Part shown: one piece after another, positions 50,292 to 61,063 of the stretch | How the letters are laid out: the number at the start of each line of letters is the position of its first letter | Numbering within the stretch: the first letter of the stretch is position 1 | Assembly (NCBI GenBank): GCA_973895155.1 | Contig: OZ316891.1 | Coordinates: forward strand, 9,859,875 to 9,923,874 | Reading direction: 5' to 3' | Source: Marsupella aquatica | Lineage: Eukaryota > Plantae > Marchantiophyta | Length of the DNA: 64,000 nt | Notes under the pieces: generated by a model | What the model was told of the DNA's origin: nothing | The model's input: only the letters and a program-made list of their open reading frames with translations | Databases searched by the model: none | Program-made: the position numbers and the translations under genes

Positions 50292-52145
50292 GAGGTTCAC
50301 CGAGTGGTCAATCCAGGTGTTACTTTCTCAAGATTTGGACTGGGGCATTATGATGACTGCTCCTCAGGCATTGAAGGGCATTAACAATGTGTTACAAGGA
50401 TAATATCGGCAATAATAACCACTCAAAACTCTAGCTAAAGCCATCAAGTAATGGCCCATAATAAGTAAAACCCTAGAAGGGAGTTGAAATGAGAAGGTGA
50501 TCGAAAATCTGCTTCCTAAGCCCAAAACAAATGTAGTGGAAACAAATACACCGGTTGATTGGGTTACTGTAACATTAGGAGGTGGCACACCTGAATTCAT
50601 ATTTCAGTGCACCAAATACACCACATTACGATGCAAGGCACTTTTGGACTGTACCCTTTACAGTGTCCACTAGTTCCTACACACAAGCTACGGTCCGATC
50701 AACTAAGATCACATCATTGGGGACTCATCATATCAAAGAGAACGCGCATCAGAATTTATAAAATCAGAGAAAAACAAATTACAATGAAAGGAAAGAGGAA
50801 GAATTTCAAAGAGAATAAACACCTGACCAGAAAAAGTCATATCAAAGGAGTCAATCTCGTTCATAAGCCTTTTCATATATTACTTCACCTTCTGACCACC
50901 ACTTTGGAATTAGAGCCCTTGAAAAGGATTGGTCACCCTACAAAATAATAGGGAAGCATTAAGCCTCAAAATTTGATCTACCTTAACTACTAGGCTAAGT
51001 TAACATTCTTATTATACCCCCAACTTTAGCAATGCTCCAAAGTCATGTGCGTTAGGGTCTAGAGTCTTCACTCTAGAGACTCAAAACCATAGGCCCTTAT
51101 CAATGGATCTAGCTCCCTTTTCAGATAGACTAATGTAGTGTTTTATAGAACAGTACATAGTAGATAAATAATCATGTAACTATGAAGGGTGGCCTGGAAA
51201 AAAATTAAAAAACACTTTCCCACAACACATAGAAAGGTAGTTGTCATTTCGTTTTGGACAAAAAAAGCATCACCCAAAAAGAAGCTTTGGGACGCCTAAT
51301 AATAGCAAGCGTGGTGACTGACTTCGAGTGGAGCAGGTCCCCGTCAAGGAGTTCTTCGCCGCGAACAACGGCGGGGTCTACTTTCCTGGCGAAAATGGAA
51401 GGCCCAGATATCGTCCCACATTGATGGCGCCAGCGGAGCCCTCGGATCATTCAGTCATTGCCGGAACGGCCCCGCAGTATCACGGTACGTGGCTCCCTAC
51501 GATGGTGTACCAACTTTCTGGCTTTTCGTAGAGGACGGCCTTTTGTTACAATTATTTTATTATTATATGGTACGTTCGGTCGAGAAAGAATGGCGGGACT
51601 GGGAAACGACTGGCTGAGAAGGCACGCACAGAGCAAACAATCATGCAACGAGGTTGGAGATTCTCTGGTCGCTCCTCGAGTCCTGGAGAGCGCGATGCCG
51701 TTCTTGTTCGTCAAATTTTCAATTCCCTTTTGACGGCCTGAGGAGCTCTTCGGCATCTCGCAGCGGCGGCAGCGCTCTCTCTCTCAGTCGAACGTCCACT
51801 GAGAGAAATTGCTACGGCATTATTTTTCTGTTGACATGATATTTTGTTTTCGGTTGGCGGCGTTTGAAGGTGTCTGGCATCGTTCTCCTTCGCCAGATTT
51901 CAGTCCTCCACGTACCTGCCGCGGCCTGTATAGCTCTTCAGCATCCCGCCGCAGTCTGTCAGTCGAGCGTCGACTGAGAGGAATTGCTGCGGGATTTGTT
52001 GATAGGAGATTATGTTTCTTTTCGCGGGATTTAAAAGTTCCTAACTGCGGAAGTTGGCTACTTGTAAGAGGTTTCATTTCATTTTGCGGATCGACAACTC
52101 GTTGGCCTTGTACACTTCCTTGAAGCGACCTCGACGAGCCGGAAA

Positions 52146-55100
52146 ATGGCAAAAACGGCTATCTCCCAATTTCTCCCGCAGGTTCTTTTATGCGCGGTAT
52201 TGCTGGAGCAGTTTCGGTCGGCGTTAGCCTTCCCGTTGCACGCAGAAGAATGTACAGTACATCCTTTCAGAAGTCTGTCTGGCTTTGCCGTTTTTGTCGC
52301 AGTGGTAGACACACAAAATTTGGAGGGGAATTACTAAGAAAGATGATTCTATACTCGTTCGTTTTGGAGATGAAAGCCAAGGGCAATGGCATGGGCAGGT
52401 CAACAGTCTATCTGGCTTCGCCGTCTTCGGTCACAGTGATGGACACAGAAGGATTTTGGAAGGAATTGCTAAGGAACATGTATCCCTTCTCGTTCGTTTT
52501 GTAGATGAAAGCCACGGGCAATGGCACGGGCAGGTCAACAGTCTCATCAATGAACAGTTCACCTACGTGCTGAAAGACGAAGTCGTGCAGAGACTGAACG
52601 AGTTGGGACGAGTAAGTTTTTTGCATCCTACTTTCAATAATCTTGCCAATTGTGTGACTACATTTGGCCTTTGGTTTCGGATTTGATAGTCCCGCGACGA
52701 GTGAGTTTTTGCATCCTGCTTTCAATAATCTTGCCAATTGCGTGACCACTTTTGGCCTTTCGTTTCGGATTTTTATGATAGTCCCGCGAGATGATTTTCT
52801 GGTACTATACAGTAGCATCAGAAGAGGACTTCGATGCTGGTCATCGAACTGTCAGTCGCGAGAAAGGCGCAATTCACTGTTGGTAGCTCTCATAATTTGG
52901 ATTTAAAGGGGAGATTGTGCCGTTCTTGATTACAATCTTAGGCTGCAACTAGTGCGACCAGGGTCTACTGGCAATTGTGACTAACCGTAGCGAGCCGATG
53001 GCCGTGGTACGCAGGTCAGTGACGCGGAGGAGTTTCTGCAAAGGACATTCATGAGTCCAGCAGGTGTACGGGCAGGGAACCTAATACGAACGTGGATGAC
53101 TGACGCCGGCTTGTTTACGTAAGAGTTTTACGTTCATTTTTCCATTTTGCGCAACTGCACCCCCGGATGATGTTTTGATCTGTTCTTCTACGATCAGTCG
53201 TGTGAAGAATGTTGGGCCGCCGCATCACACTATAAAATGGAAGGGCTGTCGTTCACTGAACGAACCCTGACTTTTTAGAGTCGGTATCTTTATAAAAAGC
53301 AGGGTTCTCTATACTACTAGTGTTCATTTTTTCAATAGGTGCTGCTTGCGCAGATAATGTTCCGGGCTTCCGGCGGTCATGCACGAGTGGCGAATTCTCC
53401 TTTGCAACGTCTGCAAAGGTCTCATACGCATGCTATAGTAGGGGAAGTGCACACGCTAGATTCTTTCCATTATTCTCAGATTCTAAAATATTATGAAAAT
53501 ATTAATCCGACGGCTTCGAACTCAACATTCCTGATCAGCGGGATATCTCGGTTGTTAGGAAGAATGATCGGGATAGATTTCACTGGCAATACCTGGTTGA
53601 TGCGTTTCTTAACTAAACGTTTCGAGCAGAATCTCTGTTTCGTTCATCGTCTATCCAGTTTTATGTCGGTTCCTTGCCAATTACGCTTGTCTATTAAGGA
53701 TCTCAAATGTGAAAAATGTGAATAGCATAGATTTCTCAAAATGTCCGGGAATAATCAAGTGCGTTCTTTCATGGACTTCCAGATGGATTGATGATATGGG
53801 AAACGTCCATGGCCGATTCGATGGTCGTAATCCGTCCGCTCCAGCGTTGCTTATTGGTTCTCATTTTGTGAGTGACCTGGGGGATGATACCCATCCCATG
53901 ATACCCAGTGCTGGACCTTACTGCAAAACTGCAAAATGCTTCGAGACACATATCGTAGCTCGTGCAATGCGACGTGATGTCTTTAGTCCTCGAAAGAATC
54001 AGCGTTATTGCGATGTAGATGTCCAGATTAATTTTATATTGTGGAGCTTCTGTGGCCCGCTATATTCCATCTAGATTAAAGGACATTTTGTTGTGGAAAC
54101 CATTCGAGTATGTTGGTACGTGCAATTTGGATGGATGGATTTCTAGTCAAGCTGGTTAAATATGGCAGGAATGTAAACAGAGTAAGGATAGGCCGAAGCA
54201 CGCATGAGTCAAGAGTAACGAAGAGAATAGCTTAACATCATCAGTCAGTGTTTCATACTTGGAGCTGACTTTGTCAGATTGAGTCGTCAAGGGCTGCAAT
54301 CTGAGTCTTACTAGAGCTCGTGTATGGTTGGGTTTGACAGGATACTGTAACCGACGCGGGACAATATGATGGAGCCTTGGGTGTACTTACTGCGATCGCT
54401 TCTGTGAAAGCTCTTCATAGAAGTGGCAGACTCTTTGACTTCCATCGACCGATTGAGGTAGAGCGTGACTAAAGGATATTTGAAATGTTGTGAATCAGCT
54501 TAGATTTCGAGAGTATGTGAACCATCAAGATTTGCTGCACCTTTCCGTTAGATGTTACCTACATCGAACTCTTACGACCAGATCTTGTGTGAATTGTACT
54601 AGGTCATAGCATTCAGCGACGAAGAGGGAGTTCGCTTCCAGTCCACCTTTTTGGGGAGTGGAGCCATCGCTGGAATTTTGTCCCCCAACGTGCTCCAAGC
54701 TAGGGATAAAAGGTATTTTTAGTCAGGTTCGACGAAGAACGAATTGCTCAAATTCCATTTTCATACCCTACAAAGATCTCTGCCTGTCTTGGAATCCCTA
54801 TGCAGTGCCGTGGCCCTTAGATTCCCTTATCTTTAACTCAAATTGAAGCGGAATGGCATGTGGAGAATTGATTATGAACTAATTCTCATTTCGACACCGT
54901 ACTTTGAAATGTCTCATTGCAGCGGTGTGACAGTACAGGAAGCTTTGCAGAGCACATTTCTTCCGGGAACGCCAGCGAGCTTATCCGCCTTGAAATATGA
55001 GCGCGATTCTGTTTGGGGTTACTTGGAGGTAATTATTCGGCCAAGTGCGTGGGAAATTGGTTTATTACGAGCTCGGGCGTTTTTCAGAGCGGTCGTCTTT

Positions 55101-58100
55101 AATCGCGACGGCAGCGTGTACAGTGAACACAAGAGGTCTTATTGGTTGCATTATCATTTACATTATTCACCTGTTCGGATCAAATTTCTCCTCAGGTTTA
55201 GCAGTCTATATAGGATTGAATCACACACATCTCTGAGAAAGTTATTGTGCGACGCATTATTGTTTCTAGAGAGCATTAATTTAAACAGCTTCATTTAGTC
55301 CTTCCTAGTCAAATGTTAATCACCACTTCGCTCAAACCACGCTAGAGAAGAGAACGCAGGATGATGCCATGCAGAGAAGAGTGGGTTTGACAGGGATGTT
55401 TGTTCCAGACCGAGCACCTCAATCACAAACAAAATGGTATTTCTCTGGCTCCTAATTGTTAGGTGTACGATACAGGTTCACATTGAGCAAGGTCCGGTGT
55501 TGGAAAGCAAAGGCTTGCCATTGGGAGTTGTGGATGCGATTGCAGGACAAACCCGTCTTAGAGTAAGTCCATTCCGCGTAGTTTTACCATATCCACTCCG
55601 CACACTTCTGGCAGATTTTAAAGTCTTGGCAGTTCATGGAGATTCAATAGTCTAACCTCCAGCTCAGCTCTCCACTGAATTGCTCGTCTCTTCTGTGTTA
55701 CGCAATACAATGGAAGTGAAGATAGTTCTCACTCGTTTTTACTTTTAGATGAATATGAGCGTCATACCTGACTGAAGCAGAAATTTCGTGCGTACTTCAA
55801 TTCGAAGATGTCTGTAAACTGTGCTGAGTTGGAGGGGCGAGGGCAGACTATCCCCATTGGGACTGTGTCTGGTATGCTGCCGATCGATTCTTCTGTTTCG
55901 AGAAGTTCAGAATAAATGTGAACCCTCTGTGCAGGTTAGCATGCAAGGAGCTGTAGGTCATGCGGGCACAGTACCGATGACTATGCGCCGAGACCCAATG
56001 CCTGCAGCCGCATTAGCTATTGTGGCTATCGACGAGCTTTGCATGCATCCAGACGATACTCTTAGCAAAGAAACGACATCCAAAGGAAACTCTCTCGTTT
56101 GCACAGTTGGGGAGATTACAGCATGGCCGGGGGCAAGCAACGTAATTGCTGGAGAGGTGGGCGCAAACTTCTCTTGACAAGATTCTGACAAGTCTTCTCC
56201 TTAGTCTCCGTGAATGTATTATTGCTATTATACCTCGACGACAGTAGCGAATTGGATTGTGATACAGAGGGCAGCTTGGTCCACTTGCATAATCATGCCA
56301 GAATACTGTCGGAAAAACTCGGAGGGTGAGACTATACTGCAAATTTGTATGAGGACAACTTTCAGCTTGTCCTATGGATGAGAAGATTTTGTCTCGACAG
56401 ACGCTATAATCTGATCTCATGTCTGTCAATCTGTTACTTAGGAAAGCACAGAAGAGTGTTAACTGGGGACTAAATGCTCAGTGTGGTGATCTTGTTAAAC
56501 TGGATGTAGGTTGTTTTCAGTGTGGATGTGCGGGCTAAATCTGATCAATTGCGAGAGGCTGCTGTATCGGCGATGGAGAACGCTATCAACGACATCTGCA
56601 AAGATCGAGCAATTACATGCGACATCGAGCACAAGGTAAAAATGCTGCAGTGTTAATCATTATCCTTGTTTTCAGTCTCTTCACATCTGCCTCGTTCCCC
56701 GGCTAGTTGCAGTGTAGTGCGTACGTAATGTTGATTGGGCAGCAGCTAACATGCGCACTTTACTGCAGCACGAGGCAAAGACCGTCCTATGTGATTCAAT
56801 TCTGACAGAAAAAGTACGCGCAGCTGCAAGCTTTGCTACCAATGATCTGTTTGGGTTGTTAAAGGACAATCTATCTATACCTTCAATATCGAGTGGAGCA
56901 GGGCACGATGCATTGGCCATGGCGCAACTTACAAGGGTAAAACTCTAATCCTGACACGATTTTCAGCCTTGGTTTGAGAGACGTCCTATGATTAGAAAAC
57001 TGTGATGGTGTGTGTGCTGTGAAGTCCAATCTTTTCTTCTCTGCAGCAGGACAATGATAATTTCTTCAGGCCATCTTTGCAACGTAAGCATAACCTAAAT
57101 AGTTGGAAACACTTCAATTGCTCATATAATCAGGGTCATAACGTAGAATCGAAGGAAGGTAATAGATCGTCTGAATCTTTGTCGGTGACTTTTGTAGCTT
57201 TTTCCTCTTCAATTTCACTTTTCCATTTGGTTTCACACATTGGTATGCGATAGGCTCGATTTTTATTTGGCATCTGCCTCGTCATTTTATCTCATTCTCA
57301 CAAACATTTCACGAAGAAAAAACGTTCCTAAGCTAGGTAGATATTAGATTTCAACATTCTGCCATTTTGGCATCGCTGCATGAAGGTAAGAGTCCTAAGA
57401 TGGTCCAAGCGGAAACCCGTCTCACTTTCGAATTGCGATAGGGGAAGAATTTTCAGGTGGACATGTTGCGGAATCCAATGCATTTGCATTTGCCTTGAGG
57501 AATATCCCGTATTCTTTAATTTCCCAAGTTGTTTGAAATCTTGACCCAAATTTCTTGGAATGACCTAGCTTAAAAATTTAATCCGTCGTGAAAAAGTCCG
57601 CGACCCGTGCATGTACCCGGCTGCGTTTTCTCCTTGCACTCTCTGCGACGAGCCATATATCGGTGCTTCAAAATTCGATCTTTTATTTTACCGTATCAAG
57701 TTTTTCTTGTTTTTCTTGATGTAATGTTCTGGGATCTGAAGAAGGAATCCCATGTGATGATATGTCGTTTCGAAAGCTACATGATCAGGGTTCACGTAGC
57801 ATTTCCGGGTTGGACCATCATCAGGAACCCATCCACTCATGTTCTTGAAGTCTGATCGATAGAGAGTAGACGTCGGGGGAATTTTCTTCGTGAGCTTTGT
57901 CGATATTCTTTGGCGGTGAAGGAGCTTAATCTCGGCATAGTCCTCAGGTTTAGGAACCATGAAATCCGCATCGTAGGTTGTTGTGAAACGCCCATGTCCT
58001 CTCTTGGCTGGAGGCAGTTTGGGAGGGGTTGCGAATGGTGTGGGCCACTTCTCTTTCGGTGGAATTAGAGACTTTCCTCCGACTCCTGGCATGATTGTGG

Positions 58101-58831
58101 TTATGAATGGGATGAGGAATTAATCTCAAGCTTCTTTTCGTAATTGCAATCCTTCTGACCCTTGTGGTACATCTGAAGGAAATTTCCCGTGTCCTTTTCC
58201 TGAACTTCCTAAACCTTGTGATGCGACTCTCCAGATCTTGCCCCGAGTTTAAGATTGCTCTGTTTCTGTGCAGAACCAGTATGCTGTGTAGCATCACTTA
58301 CCCTAAAACTAGCCCGTTCCTGGTCCAGAGTCAGATCTGTTTATTACAGTTTCCTGTTTGGAGTCCGAATTAACTAAGCAACCATCGACTGTACCTACTT
58401 TTAAAGATTGAGACTGGTAGGGAAAAGCTGGGTTTGACTTTGAGTTTGTCCAGAATGGACAGGGGGATTTGATGACGCTACTCGATTTCTTGCGGTTGTT
58501 TTTTCACGCACCCCAGGCAAAGGGATGTGGTTGTCATTTGGAGAGCAGCAATACCATAACTGTTGTTTCTCGCTACCACCAGCTCTAAATTGTTTTGATT
58601 CTTGTCGTACTTATGTTTAAAATTATGTTGAATTGTGTCTTTGTCCAGGTAGGAATGATGTTTGTTCGTTGTGCTGGAGGATTAAGCCACTCCCCCCATG
58701 AAGATGTGCTCGAGGACGACGTATGGGCGGCAGGCTTAGCACTCCATTCTTTCCTACTCCAGGAGCTCGAGTCAGATGTGTTGACAGTGGAGGACAGTAT
58801 ACATGCGTTTCATCATCATCAGACTGTGTGA
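52146..58831 (+). CDS. AAH: Allantoate amidohydrolase (allantoate deiminase, M20 family)
   Basis: Exon 1 runs from 52146 to about 52251 (signal-peptide-like; donor uncertain, 52251 or 52272). Further exons: 52505-52611, 53015-53118, 53783-53867, 54341-54457, 54603-54712, 54923-55028, 55476-55562, 55935-56156, 56510-56635, 56769-56936, 58649-58831. Motifs LLIGSHFDTV, DGALG, FSDEEGVRF, EVHIEQGPVLE, GHAGTVPM, SGAGHDA, MMFVRCAGGLSHSP. Confidence 0.93.
57688..58092 (-). CDS. Putative nested antisense gene, 134 aa, Pro/Lys/Thr-rich with three Mn-like motifs (candidate SAXO-like microtubule inner protein)
   Basis: ATG-to-TAA ORF lying wholly within the AAH intron 56937-58648. Motifs TTTYDADF (aa 37-44), STLYRSDF (75-82), ETTYHHMG (108-115). 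A plausible 5'UTR intron lies at 58301-58173 (AGG|GTAAGTG ... TTTCCTTCAG). The function is inferred, not shown. Confidence 0.55.
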   Translation of the reverse strand: MPGVGGKSLIPPKEKWPTPFATPPKLPPAKRGHGRFTTTYDADFMVPKPEDYAEIKLLHRQRISTKLTKKIPPTSTLYRSDFKNMSGWVPDDGPTRKCYVNPDHVAFETTYHHMGFLLQIPEHYIKKNKKNLIR

Positions 58832-59220
58832 AAGTAACAATTGAATATCTCACGTTGCTGATCTTCGAACTCGGAGATGAGTGTTTCCTCTGCCTCTACC
58901 TACACATCTTCATACCGTATGTGTCTTTGCATATTGGCTTCACCGAATCCTGCTGCGGTGACATTTAATGCCAAAATCGCGAGCAATAACGTGTCTTGAC
59001 CGCCGTGCCAGGACTACTAATATGCTAATCTGCTAAGACAGAGGAGGCGCGGGGGACCGTGTTATTCACGATAGGGACATTGAATGCACCATATGTGATA
59101 GTACGGTGTGAGTTGACTGAGATTGGATGTTGATCGTGATCTAGGGCACGTTTGGCTCCATGTCCGAAAAATACCGGAAGAGAAATGTATGTGGAGACGA
59201 GCACCTTTGAAATCAGTTCA

Positions 59221-59547
59221 ATTCCAATTTCTTTTGACCAGCCACGCCAAAAAAATTGTGTAATAGGGAGAAACTAAACGGAGATCATAGTTTGATCAAT
59301 CAGCTCTTAATTGTTGGTACTTGTGATCCATTCCAATGTCTTCTAACCAGCCACGCCAAAAAGTTTGTATAATAGGGAGAAACTAAATGGAGATCATATT
59401 TTGATCAATCAGCTCTTAATTGTTGGTACTTGTGATCCATTCCAATGTCTTCTAACCAGCCACCCCAAAAAGTTTGTATAATAGGGAGAAACTAAATGGA
59501 GATCATATTTTGATCAATCAGCTCTTAATTGTTGGTACTTGTGATCC
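59221..59547. repeat. Three tandem copies of a 109-bp unit downstream of AAH
   Basis: Units start at 59221, 59330 and 59439 (attccaat..accagccac..ttgatcaatcagctcttaattgttggtacttgtgatcc). Confidence 0.93.
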
Positions 59548-60323
59548 AAAGTGCTTGTTCTTCGCAGTCGAGGTTGTAACAATGTCTTTCATGCATGAAA
59601 TCAGTGTGTTGATACACTCCCCTAGATGTAGCAAGCTGGTGTACTCATTTAGTGGAGGTTTGATGAGATGCAGTCCGTGGCATTCTTTTCAACAAACTCA
59701 GACCATGGGAACTCCACTACAGTATTCCTGATCGCCCCCAAAATTTAATGCTCGTACCCTAAACTCATTCGTCCAATCCGAGTCCTCTATGCAGAACGAC
59801 GGTCCACCTGGACAGTCTTTAGCCCCAACGGTACAGTCATGAGCGCTCAACGCTCAACTCCCTCCATGACGACTTTGCCCAAATCCAGGGAGGACGGGGC
59901 AAAGGGGGCAGGTACAGTCCTTGGAGGAAGCAGGTACAGTTCAGTTACAACTCTCTAGGTGCACACTCCTTTGCAGAAGCCTCCGGTGTGCATTTAAATG
60001 AGGGTTTAACCATTTAGAATTTGCATTTATCTGTTGCTATTGGCCCTCTGTCACTAGACACACTCTCGACTTCACTCCTAAAATTGTACATCCCTGCCCG
60101 AGACATGATCCCTACCTCATAAGTGCAGTTTTATTGTACTCTAAAGTGACTTACACTTATTAATAATTGTCACTGGAAGTAAGTGCATAAACCAGCAAAT
60201 TTTTTGGTGGCCGAAATTTACCAGATCCCACCTAACTGATAGGTCTTGGCTAGTTTTGGCAAAACCGTTCCTGGCCTTTTGTCTTGGATCCCCCATGCCG
60301 CAGACCAATATGATGGCTATGCT

Positions 60324-60649
60324 TAAATCTATTGAGATCTAATGGTCGAAAATTAATCTAACAGCATTAGATAAAGAATACGGTGAGACTCTTCTCTTTC
60401 ACACAAGACGACTTTCCCCACCCTGCCGAAAAACCGGAAAACCTTAGAAAATGACCCTAACATAGAACCTTCCTACAGAGTTTGCATAAATCTATTGAGA
60501 TCTAATGGTCGAAAATTAATCTAATAGCATTAGATAAAGAATATGTTGAGACTCTTCTCTTTCACACAAGACGACTTTCCCCACCCTGCCGAACAACCGG
60601 AAAACCTTAGAAAATGACCCTAACATAGAACCTTCCTACAGAGTTTGCA
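60324..60649. repeat. Near-identical 163-bp tandem duplication upstream of IGPS
   Basis: taaatctattgagatctaatggtcgaaaattaatc...ccttcctacagagtttgca is found at 60324 and 60487. Confidence 0.93.
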
Positions 60650-60904
60650 GTCATTTAGTGCAGCCCTATGTGCATTTACGAAAAGTGCAAAAATGGTCAA
60701 GTGAAAAAGTGAGAAACGGGCCGCCATGAAATTGAAACTAGCCAGGGTTCACTCTCGTGAGCTGACTGTACAGTACTGTACCTTGGAGAAGCGCAGGTAC
60801 AGTACCTTGGCGTTGATAAAAGGTGCGTCGGCACCGGCTCTTTCACGAACTCTTGGGTTTTCCCTCCCCCGGAGGAGCGGCGACGCCCATCCTCGTCAGC
60901 CCCT

Positions 60905-60996
60905 CCCCTGTTCCTCTCCCCTCTGTTCCTCTCCTCTCCTCTCCTCTCGTCACCGTTCTCTCTCTCTCTCTCCCTCTCCCTCCCGCTGTGTCTCTC
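60905..60996 (+). promoter_or_regulatory. CT-rich (Y-patch / GA-element-like) tract near the IGPS transcription start
   Basis: Pyrimidine-rich ctctc repeats end about 70 nt upstream of the IGPS ATG, which is typical of plant core promoters and 5'UTRs. Confidence 0.45.
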
Positions 60997-61063
60997 GATA
61001 TATCTACTCGCTGAGCGGTGGGTTCTGCGGTTCTTCGCGTTGTTTTGCTCCATCCTTCGATTC

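Noticed and set aside
51244-52152. GC-rich short ORFs upstream of AAH
   Set aside because: No recognisable homology; consistent with AAH promoter and 5'UTR sequence.
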